Shown here: piece after piece, positions 1-9,336 of the stretch
How the letters are laid out: the number at the start of each line of letters is the position of its first letter
Numbering within the stretch: position 1 is the stretch's first letter
Virus record (IMG/VR): IMGVR_UViG_3300025012_000053
Location: 30,415-94,414 of that record
Strand: one strand, 5' to 3'
DNA from: a virus
DNA length: 64,000 bases
Translations under genes and position numbers: made by a program
Notes under the pieces: generated by a model
What the model was told of the DNA's origin: nothing
Databases searched by the model: none
The model's input: only the letters and a program-made list of their open reading frames with translations

Positions 1-67
1 TAGCATTCTGACCACTACCAATTAAAGTAGCTATCAGAAACGAAAATATTAATAGTATCTTTTTCAT
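1..67 (-). CDS. 5' end of a secreted/signal-peptide protein (runs off window)
   Basis: Manual translation MKKILLIFSFLIATLIGSGQNA...; ATG 3 nt after the stop of the 70..633 gene; Sec-type signal with Gln after the putative cleavage site. Confidence 0.7.
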   Translation of the reverse strand, partial: MKKILLIFSFLIATLIGSGQNA

Positions 68-69
68 AG

Positions 70-633
70 TTAGTCAGTTAAATCACCAAGTAAATCCCAT
101 TTATTAGCAGCTCTCTTTATTGCAGTTGCCCAGCCTCCTTTAAAATTGATAGTTGTTGAATCTTTTTTAGCATCTATCACGCTATTTGATTCATAGAATG
201 TCACTATACCCGCATTATCCATACTAAAGTTAAGAGTCGATCCAATCGGGAAATTAACTGTACTGTCAGGGGGTAAGAACACTTTGACCTGAGTTGCTTT
301 GTTGCACCTTATATAAGTATTAAGGTGAGTCAGTTGCGGTCTGAACTCTGTTGTGGTGACAAGTAAAGAATCAGGGTATTTCTTCATTGCTACGTCAAAT
401 AGAGCCAGCTGGTTTACATACGGTATCGTAGGATTCAGTGTGTCGCCTCCCTGATAGTGAGTGATGTTCCCGCCCGATACCTTTGTACTGTCAATCTTAT
501 CGGCTGCTTCTCCTTTCAAAGTGTTTATTATCCCACCCTTGGCCTTTAACACATACTTAAATGTATTAGACCCCTGACCGGATAAAGCACCGACAATCAT
601 AACCGCTATTAAAAAAACCATTAATCTTTTCAT
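70..633 (-). CDS. signal-peptide protein with phage tail-fibre-like C-terminal domain
   Basis: MKRLMVFLIAVMIVGALSGQ signal; C-terminal LPPDSTVNFPIGS...WATAIKRAANKWDLLGDL resembles a common phage fibre tip module. Confidence 0.55.
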   Translation of the reverse strand: MKRLMVFLIAVMIVGALSGQGSNTFKYVLKAKGGIINTLKGEAADKIDSTKVSGGNITHYQGGDTLNPTIPYVNQLALFDVAMKKYPDSLLVTTTEFRPQLTHLNTYIRCNKATQVKVFLPPDSTVNFPIGSTLNFSMDNAGIVTFYESNSVIDAKKDSTTINFKGGWATAIKRAANKWDLLGDLTD

Positions 634-645
634 TTCTTTATTTAT

Positions 646-1416
646 TTAATCCGTTACAATATCCCCAATTACGTTACAATTTAAAACCTGTGTATTAGTG
701 ACTCCTGTATAATGTATTGTCGTGCCACCTGCATTTTCATTTTCAATAGTTAAAGAAGCCCCTCCCGACTGACTAACCCTGCCATCAATCAAAACATTCG
801 CACAACCATTGAACAGAATCAAGTCATCTGCAAGATTACCAGTTATCGACAATCCAGATACCGTTGGGTAAATCGTTACTGATAGCCAATCAGAATTACC
901 AAGATAGCCCGTAGGCTGAAGCGTTGCTTTCGCTATTTCTGTACAGTCATCGATAATCCTTAAAACAATATGACCAGTCTGGTTTCCTGCATTTATATCA
1001 GTGAAAGCCTCCTGTAAAGTAATATAGTCCGGTCCAGTAGTGCCGATGGTGAGTATTGTCGGTACGACACTACCAGAAGTCGCATAGATATTCTCCCAAT
1101 CTGTATTTTCAACTCCGGCATAGCCCGTAGCTGTCAGAGTCTGATCAACATGGTACTCTAAATCTTTAATCCTGTGCCTGTAAACATGTGCCAAATCAAT
1201 TAAAACACTTTCTTCTGTCAGGTCAAGATTAAGAAGCTCCTCCCAATTAGCGCCTGCATCAGATGAATACCATAGTTTGAAATAGCCACCTGCATTGTTT
1301 ATCTCACGTCGATACCAGGTAGATCCGGATTTGAGGGTGTAATACATAGCACTCCACGAAGCACCGGAGGGGCGACCAACTCTTTTAATTCCAATATTTG
1401 TATTAACACCTGGCAT
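646..1416 (-). CDS. putative tail/fibre protein with beta-helix-like C-terminal domain
   Basis: ORF 646..1452; likely start MPGVNT at 1416 avoids overlap with the upstream gene; C-half resembles Bacteroidota secreted-protein repeats. Confidence 0.5.
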   Translation of the reverse strand: MPGVNTNIGIKRVGRPSGASWSAMYYTLKSGSTWYRREINNAGGYFKLWYSSDAGANWEELLNLDLTEESVLIDLAHVYRHRIKDLEYHVDQTLTATGYAGVENTDWENIYATSGSVVPTILTIGTTGPDYITLQEAFTDINAGNQTGHIVLRIIDDCTEIAKATLQPTGYLGNSDWLSVTIYPTVSGLSITGNLADDLILFNGCANVLIDGRVSQSGGASLTIENENAGGTTIHYTGVTNTQVLNCNVIGDIVTD

Positions 1417-1427
1417 GATTATAAGGG

Positions 1428-1781
1428 TTAAATATTCTGATAAAATACCCAAAAGGATCCTGCACGTAATTTAATATGAGTAACAGGATTATCAAAGAGA
1501 ACCCATTTATTATCATTGATATCTACTCCTCCTGATGCAGCTGTAGTATCAGTCTTTGAAATATAGCTTAATCCACTTGCTCCAGTTACATCAACTATAT
1601 CAGCAGTAGTGCCAAGATTACTTTTTATCTCAGTTATTTGTTCTATCTGAGATCCATCAGCATTAGATGTAACTCCTCTAATCTTTCCGAGTCTTGCCTT
1701 AAAGGTCCCGGTCCCAGTAACAAGATCACATCCTATTCCTCCCTGGAGGATCTGTAATGCATTAAATTCATTCTGATTCAT
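1428..1781 (-). CDS. hypothetical virion protein
   Basis: 117 aa beta-rich ORF in a tightly packed tail operon. Confidence 0.6.
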   Translation of the reverse strand: MNQNEFNALQILQGGIGCDLVTGTGTFKARLGKIRGVTSNADGSQIEQITEIKSNLGTTADIVDVTGASGLSYISKTDTTAASGGVDINDNKWVLFDNPVTHIKLRAGSFWVFYQNI

Positions 1782-1792
1782 GGCAATATTTT

Positions 1793-2086
1793 TTAAGTAT
1801 TATATTTTTCCAGTTGTCTGTAAGAATCATCAATGATATCCTGAATGTCCTGTACTGTAAGAACATTATAATATTCTGTTATTGATACATCAGATATTAC
1901 TTCATACCTATAAAGAATCTCGATATACTTTGAGATCATTATATTACGTTCATTAAGTTCTTTCAGGAATATAAAGTTACCTGTATGATATGCAAAGCTT
2001 TTAGAAAGATCCAATCCAAGCCTTGAATGTAATAGTTGTATCGTTGCGATATCACTATTTAATTGTGTTTGACTGAATGCTTGCAT
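1793..2086 (-). CDS. hypothetical protein (small helical, tail region)
   Basis: 97 aa ORF collinear with operon. Confidence 0.6.
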   Translation of the reverse strand: MQAFSQTQLNSDIATIQLLHSRLGLDLSKSFAYHTGNFIFLKELNERNIMISKYIEILYRYEVISDVSITEYYNVLTVQDIQDIIDDSYRQLEKYNT

Positions 2087-4427
2087 TTATCAGTAAATTA
2101 TCTTCAACTAATTTATCAAGAATATACTTAATATCAATATCTTCTGTTATCCAGCGGATCAATAAATCTCTTTCTGCTATAGGGTTATGATGACTTGACG
2201 GACGAACATTTTTCTTCTGAAAATAATGACTCTGTTCAGATTGAAAAAATGTAAAGCCGGAGATGATTATCTCCTTGAATCCCATCCATCTTGCCAGGGC
2301 AATAGCCATTATCCCTACAGTAGGAAATGCTTTTATCTCTTCTGATACATATCTAAACACTTCCGAAAACTCTTCATTATCTCCATACATCCAGACAACA
2401 TTACCCATCTTAATAAGTTTCTCTCCATTATCCAGCCAGAACTCATGCATCTTCTTAGCATCAGTATACTTCTGATACATTGTTTCTGATATAGGAAGAA
2501 TTCCAAGAATAGGATAATCAACTTTATGGTCCGGAATAATTTCATGATAGAGACTGGATATATTAAGATCGATCCTGGATCCTATTTCCGGAAACCCAAG
2601 TTTAAAGTTATTACATCTCATTACAAAAGAATCATCAATCTCTTTTGATAGGTCTGTTTTGAATGGTCCATTACCAATAACTGAACAAGATGTTTTACCA
2701 CTGATGATCTTCTGTACTTCCCTTCTGATTATTCTATCATATTCCAATGGTTTACTTATAATATTCATCTTGTCTTTAAATCTTCTGGATGCCTGGTTAT
2801 GTATTATAACAGGCTTATCACATTGCAAGTATTTATTGTCTGCAATATGAATATACTCTTTTGGAAGATCAACGATCTTAACCCCCTGTAATCCTTCCAT
2901 TACTGCCTGAAAGTTTATAGCATCGGGATTATTGTTTTCAGAATTAAGAACTGTCCATCTGTTAATCACTTCCCGGGAAACAGTATTGTTTTTAAAGAAC
3001 ATGGTACCTGTCATCTTCTCATTCCACTGCTTAAGATAATGAAATGATATATCGCAATCGACAGTATAGAAGAATTCCGGCATTGCAAGTATCTCAGCAT
3101 CGGCATCGATCCAGATAACATCCTTCTTATACTTGTCCATTACAGATTTAAGGACCTGTGGTTTCATCTGAGTATTCTTCTCCCAGGATCCCTGATGACG
3201 AAGACCAACTATCTCATATGGAAGACCAAACTTATCAAGACTTGCTTTAAGGACTTTTACCTCTTCTTCATATGGAGTATCTGCAGTAAACATACTTACA
3301 TAGACAATATCATTACGTCCCGTGATCTTGCCTTCAAGCTTTTGGTTTATGAACTTAAGATTTTCTTCATTCTGTTTTCGAATATGATCAGCCACACCAG
3401 ATTTCTCTTTTACTATTAGTGCATGCTTCTGTGCTGTTTCATATTCACCCATCCAGTAATAACAGATCCCAAGTTCAAAGTCTGCCAAGTATGATTTATT
3501 TGTAGCATGAATAAATAATTTATCATTTACAGGATAATCCATCCTTAACACTTCTTCCTGAAGTAACCGGGCCATATGATATTTCTTCCGTTCTCTATAG
3601 ACAAGGCCAAGCAGATATAATGCCTCAAATCTTGAAGGACGGAATGAATAAGCTTCAATAAGCTGAAGAATGGCACTATCCATACTTTTAAGATGATATT
3701 GCATTACAGCTATCTGAAATAAGGAATAATATACTTCTTCCGGCCAGCCACCTCGTTTTGCTCTTTCCTCGTAATACTTTATGGCTTTATCATATTCCTT
3801 CATGTTGGCATATGTCTGTGCCAGGTAAAAGTAATTACGTGTATCGGATGGATTATCAATGATTGCCTTTTCAAGAAGATCGCGATCCCTGGTTAACTTC
3901 TCACTTCGTGTACCACCATCAGCATGATGTATTACTGCAAGAGATCTTAACTCAGGACTCTCCCCGCAATTCTCTCCATTAATATATTCATGTGTTACTC
4001 CAATATATCTGAATTTCTTTCTACCTGATATAAGTAAGATCTGTGCAAAATCAAGATCTCCCATGTATCTTAAATGATACCAGTCATATTTCAATTGTGA
4101 TTTGTCAAATAGATCTGATACTTTATATTCAAAGTCAGCATCGGCAAGAAGAAGATAATCTGCTTTATCATAGGCAAGAGCCATGAGCTCTGATCTGTTA
4201 TGTCCGAAGTTAACCCAGGGTCTTGCATGAAGTTCTCCTTTTATCCCGGCATCTTCCATTACATCAACGATTATCTTCTGTGTTTCATCAACAGATCCTG
4301 TATCAATAATAACATAGTAATCAATAAATGATTTACAGCTATCTATCATTCTTGCAATTACTTTCGCTTCATTACGAACTATTGCACAAAGGCATATTGT
4401 TTTTTTATCATTCATTTCATTTGTCAT
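2055..4427 (-). CDS. multi-domain glycosyltransferase: GT2 + TPR + nucleotide-diphospho-sugar transferase + GT29 (sialyltransferase)-like domain
   Basis: GT2 motifs ICLCAIVRNE, IIDTGS, LADAD, HEY; TPR repeats (YFYLAQTY, EVYYSLFQIA); second GT-A domain VIWIDADA; C-terminal CSVIGNG..IDDSFVMRCN, PTVG, HYF, HHNPIAE resembling sialylmotifs L/S/III/VS. Confidence 0.8.
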   Translation of the reverse strand: MTNEMNDKKTICLCAIVRNEAKVIARMIDSCKSFIDYYVIIDTGSVDETQKIIVDVMEDAGIKGELHARPWVNFGHNRSELMALAYDKADYLLLADADFEYKVSDLFDKSQLKYDWYHLRYMGDLDFAQILLISGRKKFRYIGVTHEYINGENCGESPELRSLAVIHHADGGTRSEKLTRDRDLLEKAIIDNPSDTRNYFYLAQTYANMKEYDKAIKYYEERAKRGGWPEEVYYSLFQIAVMQYHLKSMDSAILQLIEAYSFRPSRFEALYLLGLVYRERKKYHMARLLQEEVLRMDYPVNDKLFIHATNKSYLADFELGICYYWMGEYETAQKHALIVKEKSGVADHIRKQNEENLKFINQKLEGKITGRNDIVYVSMFTADTPYEEEVKVLKASLDKFGLPYEIVGLRHQGSWEKNTQMKPQVLKSVMDKYKKDVIWIDADAEILAMPEFFYTVDCDISFHYLKQWNEKMTGTMFFKNNTVSREVINRWTVLNSENNNPDAINFQAVMEGLQGVKIVDLPKEYIHIADNKYLQCDKPVIIHNQASRRFKDKMNIISKPLEYDRIIRREVQKIISGKTSCSVIGNGPFKTDLSKEIDDSFVMRCNNFKLGFPEIGSRIDLNISSLYHEIIPDHKVDYPILGILPISETMYQKYTDAKKMHEFWLDNGEKLIKMGNVVWMYGDNEEFSEVFRYVSEEIKAFPTVGIMAIALARWMGFKEIIISGFTFFQSEQSHYFQKKNVRPSSHHNPIAERDLLIRWITEDIDIKYILDKLVEDNLLINASIQSNTIK

Positions 4428-4488
4428 CTTCCTGTCTCTTTAATTAATACTTTAGTATCTCCATAAAACCAAAGGTAGATTATTTATT

Positions 4489-5460
4489 TTAATTTGTAGT
4501 TACAGATATTCCTTTTGCAATCAAACTATTTTTAGCAGTTATTCCTGCACCTGTTGGCGCAGCATTAGTTCCACCTTCAAGATAAATAAATCCCATTGTT
4601 TTAGTGGAAGCATCTATTTCTATAAGTATGTTATTTATATCGGCTGCAAGTATAATATCATTTTCTCGTGCATCAATTTGTATTGACAGCGATAAATCCC
4701 ATTCGCTATGTGCTTCAAGCGTGGCTAATCCTGCATCATAAACATTTATTCGATAAAAATCAACCCATGCAGCAAATGTAGTTATTGCACTTATCGGACA
4801 ACTCGTAAGTTCTATACTCTGAATATCTACCCATGCTGCATAAGTACCTCCAATATTGACTAAACCATAATTATCATGTAAGTTTATGTTGATTATTTTT
4901 ATCCATTCAGGTCTAAGAACAATTGCTGTAAGTAAATTTTCACTTGCTCCAAGAACTTCCAATAACACCCATTCTGCATGAGTAGCAAGTGTTATTAACT
5001 GGTTGATATCAAGGGTCAGGCTTACTAAATTAACCCATGTGGCATAAGTATTGAATGATGTCAAAGCATTATCCCCTGCTGCAAAGATCATCAGATTTAC
5101 CCATTCAGGATAGGTTTCAAATGATGTAAGTAAGTTCCCCTGAACATTTATCTGTTCAATATTAATAATTGTACTTGGAATGAGGATATCGGTTATATCC
5201 TGATTAGGTGCAGAAATATGCGTGATCACAGTAGCACCGGATATAATTACAGTCCCTCCTCCTATATAAAAATGATCTACAGTAACATTACCCATTCCTA
5301 ATAATGTTACTGTCTCTAAAATAGAACCATCCGTCCAATCAATAATAACATTTCCTAATCCTTGTAAGTCCATACTAAATGTACCAACAATAGATGTTTC
5401 AATAATAATTTTTATACCTCGAAATCTTGTCAATGATCTGAATGTACAACCTTTTCTCAT
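4489..5460 (-). CDS. leucine-rich-repeat-like virion/adhesin protein
   Basis: ~22-aa repeats NxLTSFxTYxxWVNL; C-cap INNILIEID...NAAPTGAGITAKNSLIAKGISVTTN. Confidence 0.65.
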   Translation of the reverse strand: MRKGCTFRSLTRFRGIKIIIETSIVGTFSMDLQGLGNVIIDWTDGSILETVTLLGMGNVTVDHFYIGGGTVIISGATVITHISAPNQDITDILIPSTIINIEQINVQGNLLTSFETYPEWVNLMIFAAGDNALTSFNTYATWVNLVSLTLDINQLITLATHAEWVLLEVLGASENLLTAIVLRPEWIKIININLHDNYGLVNIGGTYAAWVDIQSIELTSCPISAITTFAAWVDFYRINVYDAGLATLEAHSEWDLSLSIQIDARENDIILAADINNILIEIDASTKTMGFIYLEGGTNAAPTGAGITAKNSLIAKGISVTTN

Positions 5461-5462
5461 AA

Positions 5463-7313
5463 CTATTGTGTATATGGTCCACCTTTATTAAACCAGAAAG
5501 CACCACTCTCATCATAAAGGAATGCTAACAGATCCCTGTCATTAGGACCTGTATCAAAAGCAAATCCTGCCTCAGTATAATATGTTCCTGTAAGAGACAA
5601 GACATGATCTCCTGTATTATCCTGGATTATCTTTAAATTACCCTGATCTCCACTTACTACATTTGATATTATAAGAGTACAATCCTGAACAAGAGTAAGC
5701 TTTGCATTATATCCCTGCGTTACATCCCAATGAATTCCTGCTGTAGCATTATCAAGAATGATAAATGTCTTTGGCGCTTCTGCAGGTCCTGTAGGACCAG
5801 TACTACCAACTCCTGTTGCACCTGTAGGACCTATTGATCCTGTAACACCAGTTGGTCCTATTGCTCCCTGTGTGGCAAAAACTACAAGATCAACCCTCGA
5901 TACTCCCACAACACCTGTACCGGAATATCTCCTCATCCTTCCCTTAACATTATATGTTCCGGCAACAAGTGATGATGATCTTTTAACAACAGGGATAACG
6001 ATATAAGTAGGAGTGGTAGTAAGATAGGCAAATACCTCATCGGTATCAACACCATTGATCTGAAGAGTTAATCCTATTACTGAAGCACCACCGGAAACAA
6101 GTTCACATTGACAATTCATAATAGCCATTATCTCAACAGTAGATTCAAGAGTTATTGATGTTGTCACTCCTGTAATATCTATGAGTGTTGCTGAAGTGGT
6201 AGTTCTTAATGTCTCCATCTCGACAAATGAACTTGGGATCTTTCCCGCTACAGCATCAGCCCCTGCAGCACCAGTAGGTCCGGTTGCTCCTACAGCACCT
6301 GTCGCTCCATCTGCACCTGTGACACCCGCACCTGTGGGCCCTACTGGACCAGTGATTGAAGGTCCTGTTGGTCCAATGGATCCGGTTACACCATCAGCAC
6401 CTGTAGGACCTGTTATACTTGACCCTGTCGGTCCTGTAGCTCCGGTAGGTCCAGCAACAGTAGAATCTGCACCGGTTGGTCCGGTTGATCCTGTAGGTCC
6501 TGCAGGACCAGTAGCACCAGGTGAATATGCTCCACCATAAAGATTTATAATCCAGTCTGAATACGTACCTGATCCTGTATGGTTAACAGAAACCATAGAT
6601 AACTCTCCTGAAGCTGCTGTATAATTTACTACAGTAGCACGGAATAGATTATTAATATCATAAGCAACAACAATATCCTGTCCTAATGTAAATGCTCTTC
6701 CTGTAGAACATATCATATCTATTCCTGTAGGATGAGTTGTTGGAAGTGTTTCTGTTCCAGTAGATGTAGATGCAAATCTATCGGCATATCCTGTTGGACC
6801 TATTGATCCTATTGGTCCTGAAGGTCCTGTTGGTCCTGCCACTGTTGAGTCAGTGCCCGTTGGCCCTGCATTACCTGTTAATCCTATTGGACCAGTTGCT
6901 CCTGTAGAACCAGTTGGACCTGTATTCCCATCTGCACCTGTCGGACCAGTATCTCCTGGTATTATTGATGCGGCTCCTGTCGGACCTGTAGCACCAGTAG
7001 GTCCATCATCTCCTGTATTACCATCAGATCCTGTTACTCCTATAGGTCCTGTTGGTCCTGTAGAACCGGTTGCACCGTCTGCACCTATATCACCTGTTGG
7101 TCCTGATGGACCTGTAGGTCCAGTACCAGAAGATCCTGTTGGTCCAGTCGGACCTGTGGCTCCTATTCCTATAGGTCCGGTAGCACCGGCCACGCTAATA
7201 GTTTCTCCTGTAAGAAGAATAATATTTTTCTTATCATCCCTGGCCGGTTCAATAAATATATTACCACCATCGAGTTGTGGAGAAGGACCTAAGAATTGTG
7301 CACCGGTTGACAT
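5463..7313 (-). CDS. collagen-like (Gly-X-Thr) fibre protein
   Basis: Three blocks of GPT/GAT/GST triplets separated by globular domains; C-terminal phage fibre-like domain. Confidence 0.85.
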   Translation of the reverse strand: MSTGAQFLGPSPQLDGGNIFIEPARDDKKNIILLTGETISVAGATGPIGIGATGPTGPTGSSGTGPTGPSGPTGDIGADGATGSTGPTGPIGVTGSDGNTGDDGPTGATGPTGAASIIPGDTGPTGADGNTGPTGSTGATGPIGLTGNAGPTGTDSTVAGPTGPSGPIGSIGPTGYADRFASTSTGTETLPTTHPTGIDMICSTGRAFTLGQDIVVAYDINNLFRATVVNYTAASGELSMVSVNHTGSGTYSDWIINLYGGAYSPGATGPAGPTGSTGPTGADSTVAGPTGATGPTGSSITGPTGADGVTGSIGPTGPSITGPVGPTGAGVTGADGATGAVGATGPTGAAGADAVAGKIPSSFVEMETLRTTTSATLIDITGVTTSITLESTVEIMAIMNCQCELVSGGASVIGLTLQINGVDTDEVFAYLTTTPTYIVIPVVKRSSSLVAGTYNVKGRMRRYSGTGVVGVSRVDLVVFATQGAIGPTGVTGSIGPTGATGVGSTGPTGPAEAPKTFIILDNATAGIHWDVTQGYNAKLTLVQDCTLIISNVVSGDQGNLKIIQDNTGDHVLSLTGTYYTEAGFAFDTGPNDRDLLAFLYDESGAFWFNKGGPYTQ

Positions 7314-7429
7314 ATCTTTATTTTATTAATATAATCCAGGTATCATATTTGTTTTTTTCTTAATGGCAGCAAGTTCCGTGCTATTGTCATCCATTTCTGT
7401 TCTTATCTCCACAGCCGTAGGCAAATCAC

Positions 7430-8080
7430 CTAATTGTGTATCAAGGTTTCACCACCATATCTACGAGCATTACCAGCCTTGAACCAATCTATATAAGTAA
7501 GCCCGATGACTGTCGTTCCATATTGACGTAATGTAGTAGTTCCTGTCGTACTGCCACTACTTGTACTACAATCAACCGCAGAAGCCTGTAAAACTCCATT
7601 TAAGTAAACATCAACGACCCCAGCAGCTTGCATAGTCCATACAAAAGTCCACTCTTGCCAAGTATCCTGTTGAACTAAATCAGCACCTACCTCGTTCCAT
7701 GCTGCACCATCATAAACATATAGTCCATCAGAAGCCCAACGAATACCAAGATAGTAACTTGTAGCATAACAAAGAAGTTCAAAATAATCTGAATTAGCGA
7801 GTGTTCCTAAAGTGTCATGGTATAGTTTAATTGAAATAATATTCGGGTTTGTTTGATATGAACCTATGTCAAGAGTACGGGAAGCTAAGTTACCAGCACC
7901 AGCAGCAACAACATCCATTTTAAAACAACTCTTGGAATCAAAGAAAATCTGTGAGCTCACACCTGTTCCTGTATCGCCATCTGTTGTCCAATCGACAATA
8001 TCAGCGCAATCCTCATCCTTGATTGTACCACTTGAGAATGTTAATTCGTCTAAATACTTATTTTCGGTTATTATTGACAT
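7430..8080 (-). CDS. lectin/concanavalin-like beta-sandwich virion protein; probably continues to 7326 across a 1-nt frameshift
   Basis: WQEWTFVW...VDVYLNGVL LamG-like motif; the -1 frame 7448..7326 continues with a phage-like sequence. Confidence 0.55.
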   Translation of the reverse strand: MSIITENKYLDELTFSSGTIKDEDCADIVDWTTDGDTGTGVSSQIFFDSKSCFKMDVVAAGAGNLASRTLDIGSYQTNPNIISIKLYHDTLGTLANSDYFELLCYATSYYLGIRWASDGLYVYDGAAWNEVGADLVQQDTWQEWTFVWTMQAAGVVDVYLNGVLQASAVDCSTSSGSTTGTTTLRQYGTTVIGLTYIDWFKAGNARRYGGETLIHN

Positions 8081-8083
8081 TTT

Positions 8084-8470
8084 CTATGAATATGTTACGC
8101 TCGTTAAATCATCTCCTGTAAAACCAAATGTTTTTGTAAGACTTATTCCTGAAGGGGTGTCACCTGATAAAACAAGGCTTGTTAGAACGCCAAGAGTATA
8201 ATTAAATGTCTTTACTATTTCAAGACTACCACCAAGATCATAAGTTATATAGTCAATATCATCACCATTATAAGTTATCACATAAGGATAACTTTTAAGA
8301 TTTTTTGACACTGTTTCAAATGCTTCTGATAATCCACTTACAGATCCCCATTCAACATCATAATCTACTGTTCCTTTTTTCTTAATAATCTGACCAATAG
8401 AACCACCTTGTGGAAGAGTATTCTTATAATTCTTAGAATATCTTATTTCTCCAATAGGTTCTCCTGACAT
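8084..8470 (-). CDS. hypothetical virion protein
   Basis: LPQGGSIGQIIKKK..DYDVEW phage fibre linker motif. Confidence 0.6.
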   Translation of the reverse strand: MSGEPIGEIRYSKNYKNTLPQGGSIGQIIKKKGTVDYDVEWGSVSGLSEAFETVSKNLKSYPYVITYNGDDIDYITYDLGGSLEIVKTFNYTLGVLTSLVLSGDTPSGISLTKTFGFTGDDLTSVTYS

Positions 8471-8475
8471 GATAA

Positions 8476-9240
8476 TTATAAGTTAGGGTCAACATCATAA
8501 AAATCAAGTATCTGATCTATCTCTCCCTGTATTGTTGTTAATGCAGTAAGATTGGATGAACTGATAGCACTCTTTAATGAACTGAGAAGTCCCCAGGCTG
8601 TAAGAGCATCATCAAGATATTTCTTTCTTGTATTTCCGGGCACCATCCTTGCAAGATTAGAAAACATCTTATCAACTCCTGCTTCAGATCTACAATATAC
8701 ATAAGGATAGAATGTACTTTTATATTCTCTTGTACCTGTACATGCACCATCATTTGCTACCCAGGTATCAGCAATATAAAAGTTATTTGCATCAATCTTG
8801 GTAACAAGATGTTCTCCATTATAACTTGTTGATCCGGTAATATCAACATACATACCACCAGTTAATCCATGTGTAGCAGCTGTTACTTTTACTGTTCCAT
8901 TTACGGTAGATCCATAATTTGAGAATGCAGATATGGTAAAGTCACCAGTCTTAAGCTTATAAACAATATTATGAAGTCCATCCTCGCTTGTACCCGTAAG
9001 ATCATCAAACCACCAGGTACCTGTTACCGGATCAGGTATCTGACTAAGGATATCATATTCATCTGATGCTACCCCGGAAGGATTTATTATTTGAATTATG
9101 GCAGAAGTCAATGTCCCTGGATCCAACCCTGAAACACCACTCCATTTTGTCCCATCTCCTGTATCAACACCAGTCTTGTCCTGTATGCTGAACTTAGTAC
9201 AACGGGTTACTACTTTAAGATCAAGATCTGGCGTAAACAT
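8476..9240 (-). CDS. virion structural protein with inserted beta-barrel (THGLxxGxxVxI) module
   Basis: VTAATHGLTGGMYVDITGSTSYNG motif common in phage tail proteins. Confidence 0.55.
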   Translation of the reverse strand: MFTPDLDLKVVTRCTKFSIQDKTGVDTGDGTKWSGVSGLDPGTLTSAIIQIINPSGVASDEYDILSQIPDPVTGTWWFDDLTGTSEDGLHNIVYKLKTGDFTISAFSNYGSTVNGTVKVTAATHGLTGGMYVDITGSTSYNGEHLVTKIDANNFYIADTWVANDGACTGTREYKSTFYPYVYCRSEAGVDKMFSNLARMVPGNTRKKYLDDALTAWGLLSSLKSAISSSNLTALTTIQGEIDQILDFYDVDPNL

Positions 9241-9272
9241 GACTTATCTGTTTTAAATTGATTAATAAATTC

Positions 9273-9308
9273 AAAAAAGGGGAAGAGAAAATATCTTCCG
9301 CTTCCCCC
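9273..9308 (-). terminator. intrinsic terminator
   Basis: GGGGAAG/CTTCCCC stem followed by T6 on the minus strand, after the 9337..10644 gene. Confidence 0.6.
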
Positions 9309-9336
9309 GATTTGAAATATGGCAGATAAGCGGTTA

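Noticed and set aside
5758-7329. Plus-strand Pro/Val-rich ORFs (PVGPVAP...)
   Set aside because: Antisense shadows of the collagen GPT repeats.
4489-8080. Diversity-generating retroelement targeting fibre genes
   Set aside because: No reverse transcriptase and no TR/VR repeat pair noticed in this window.
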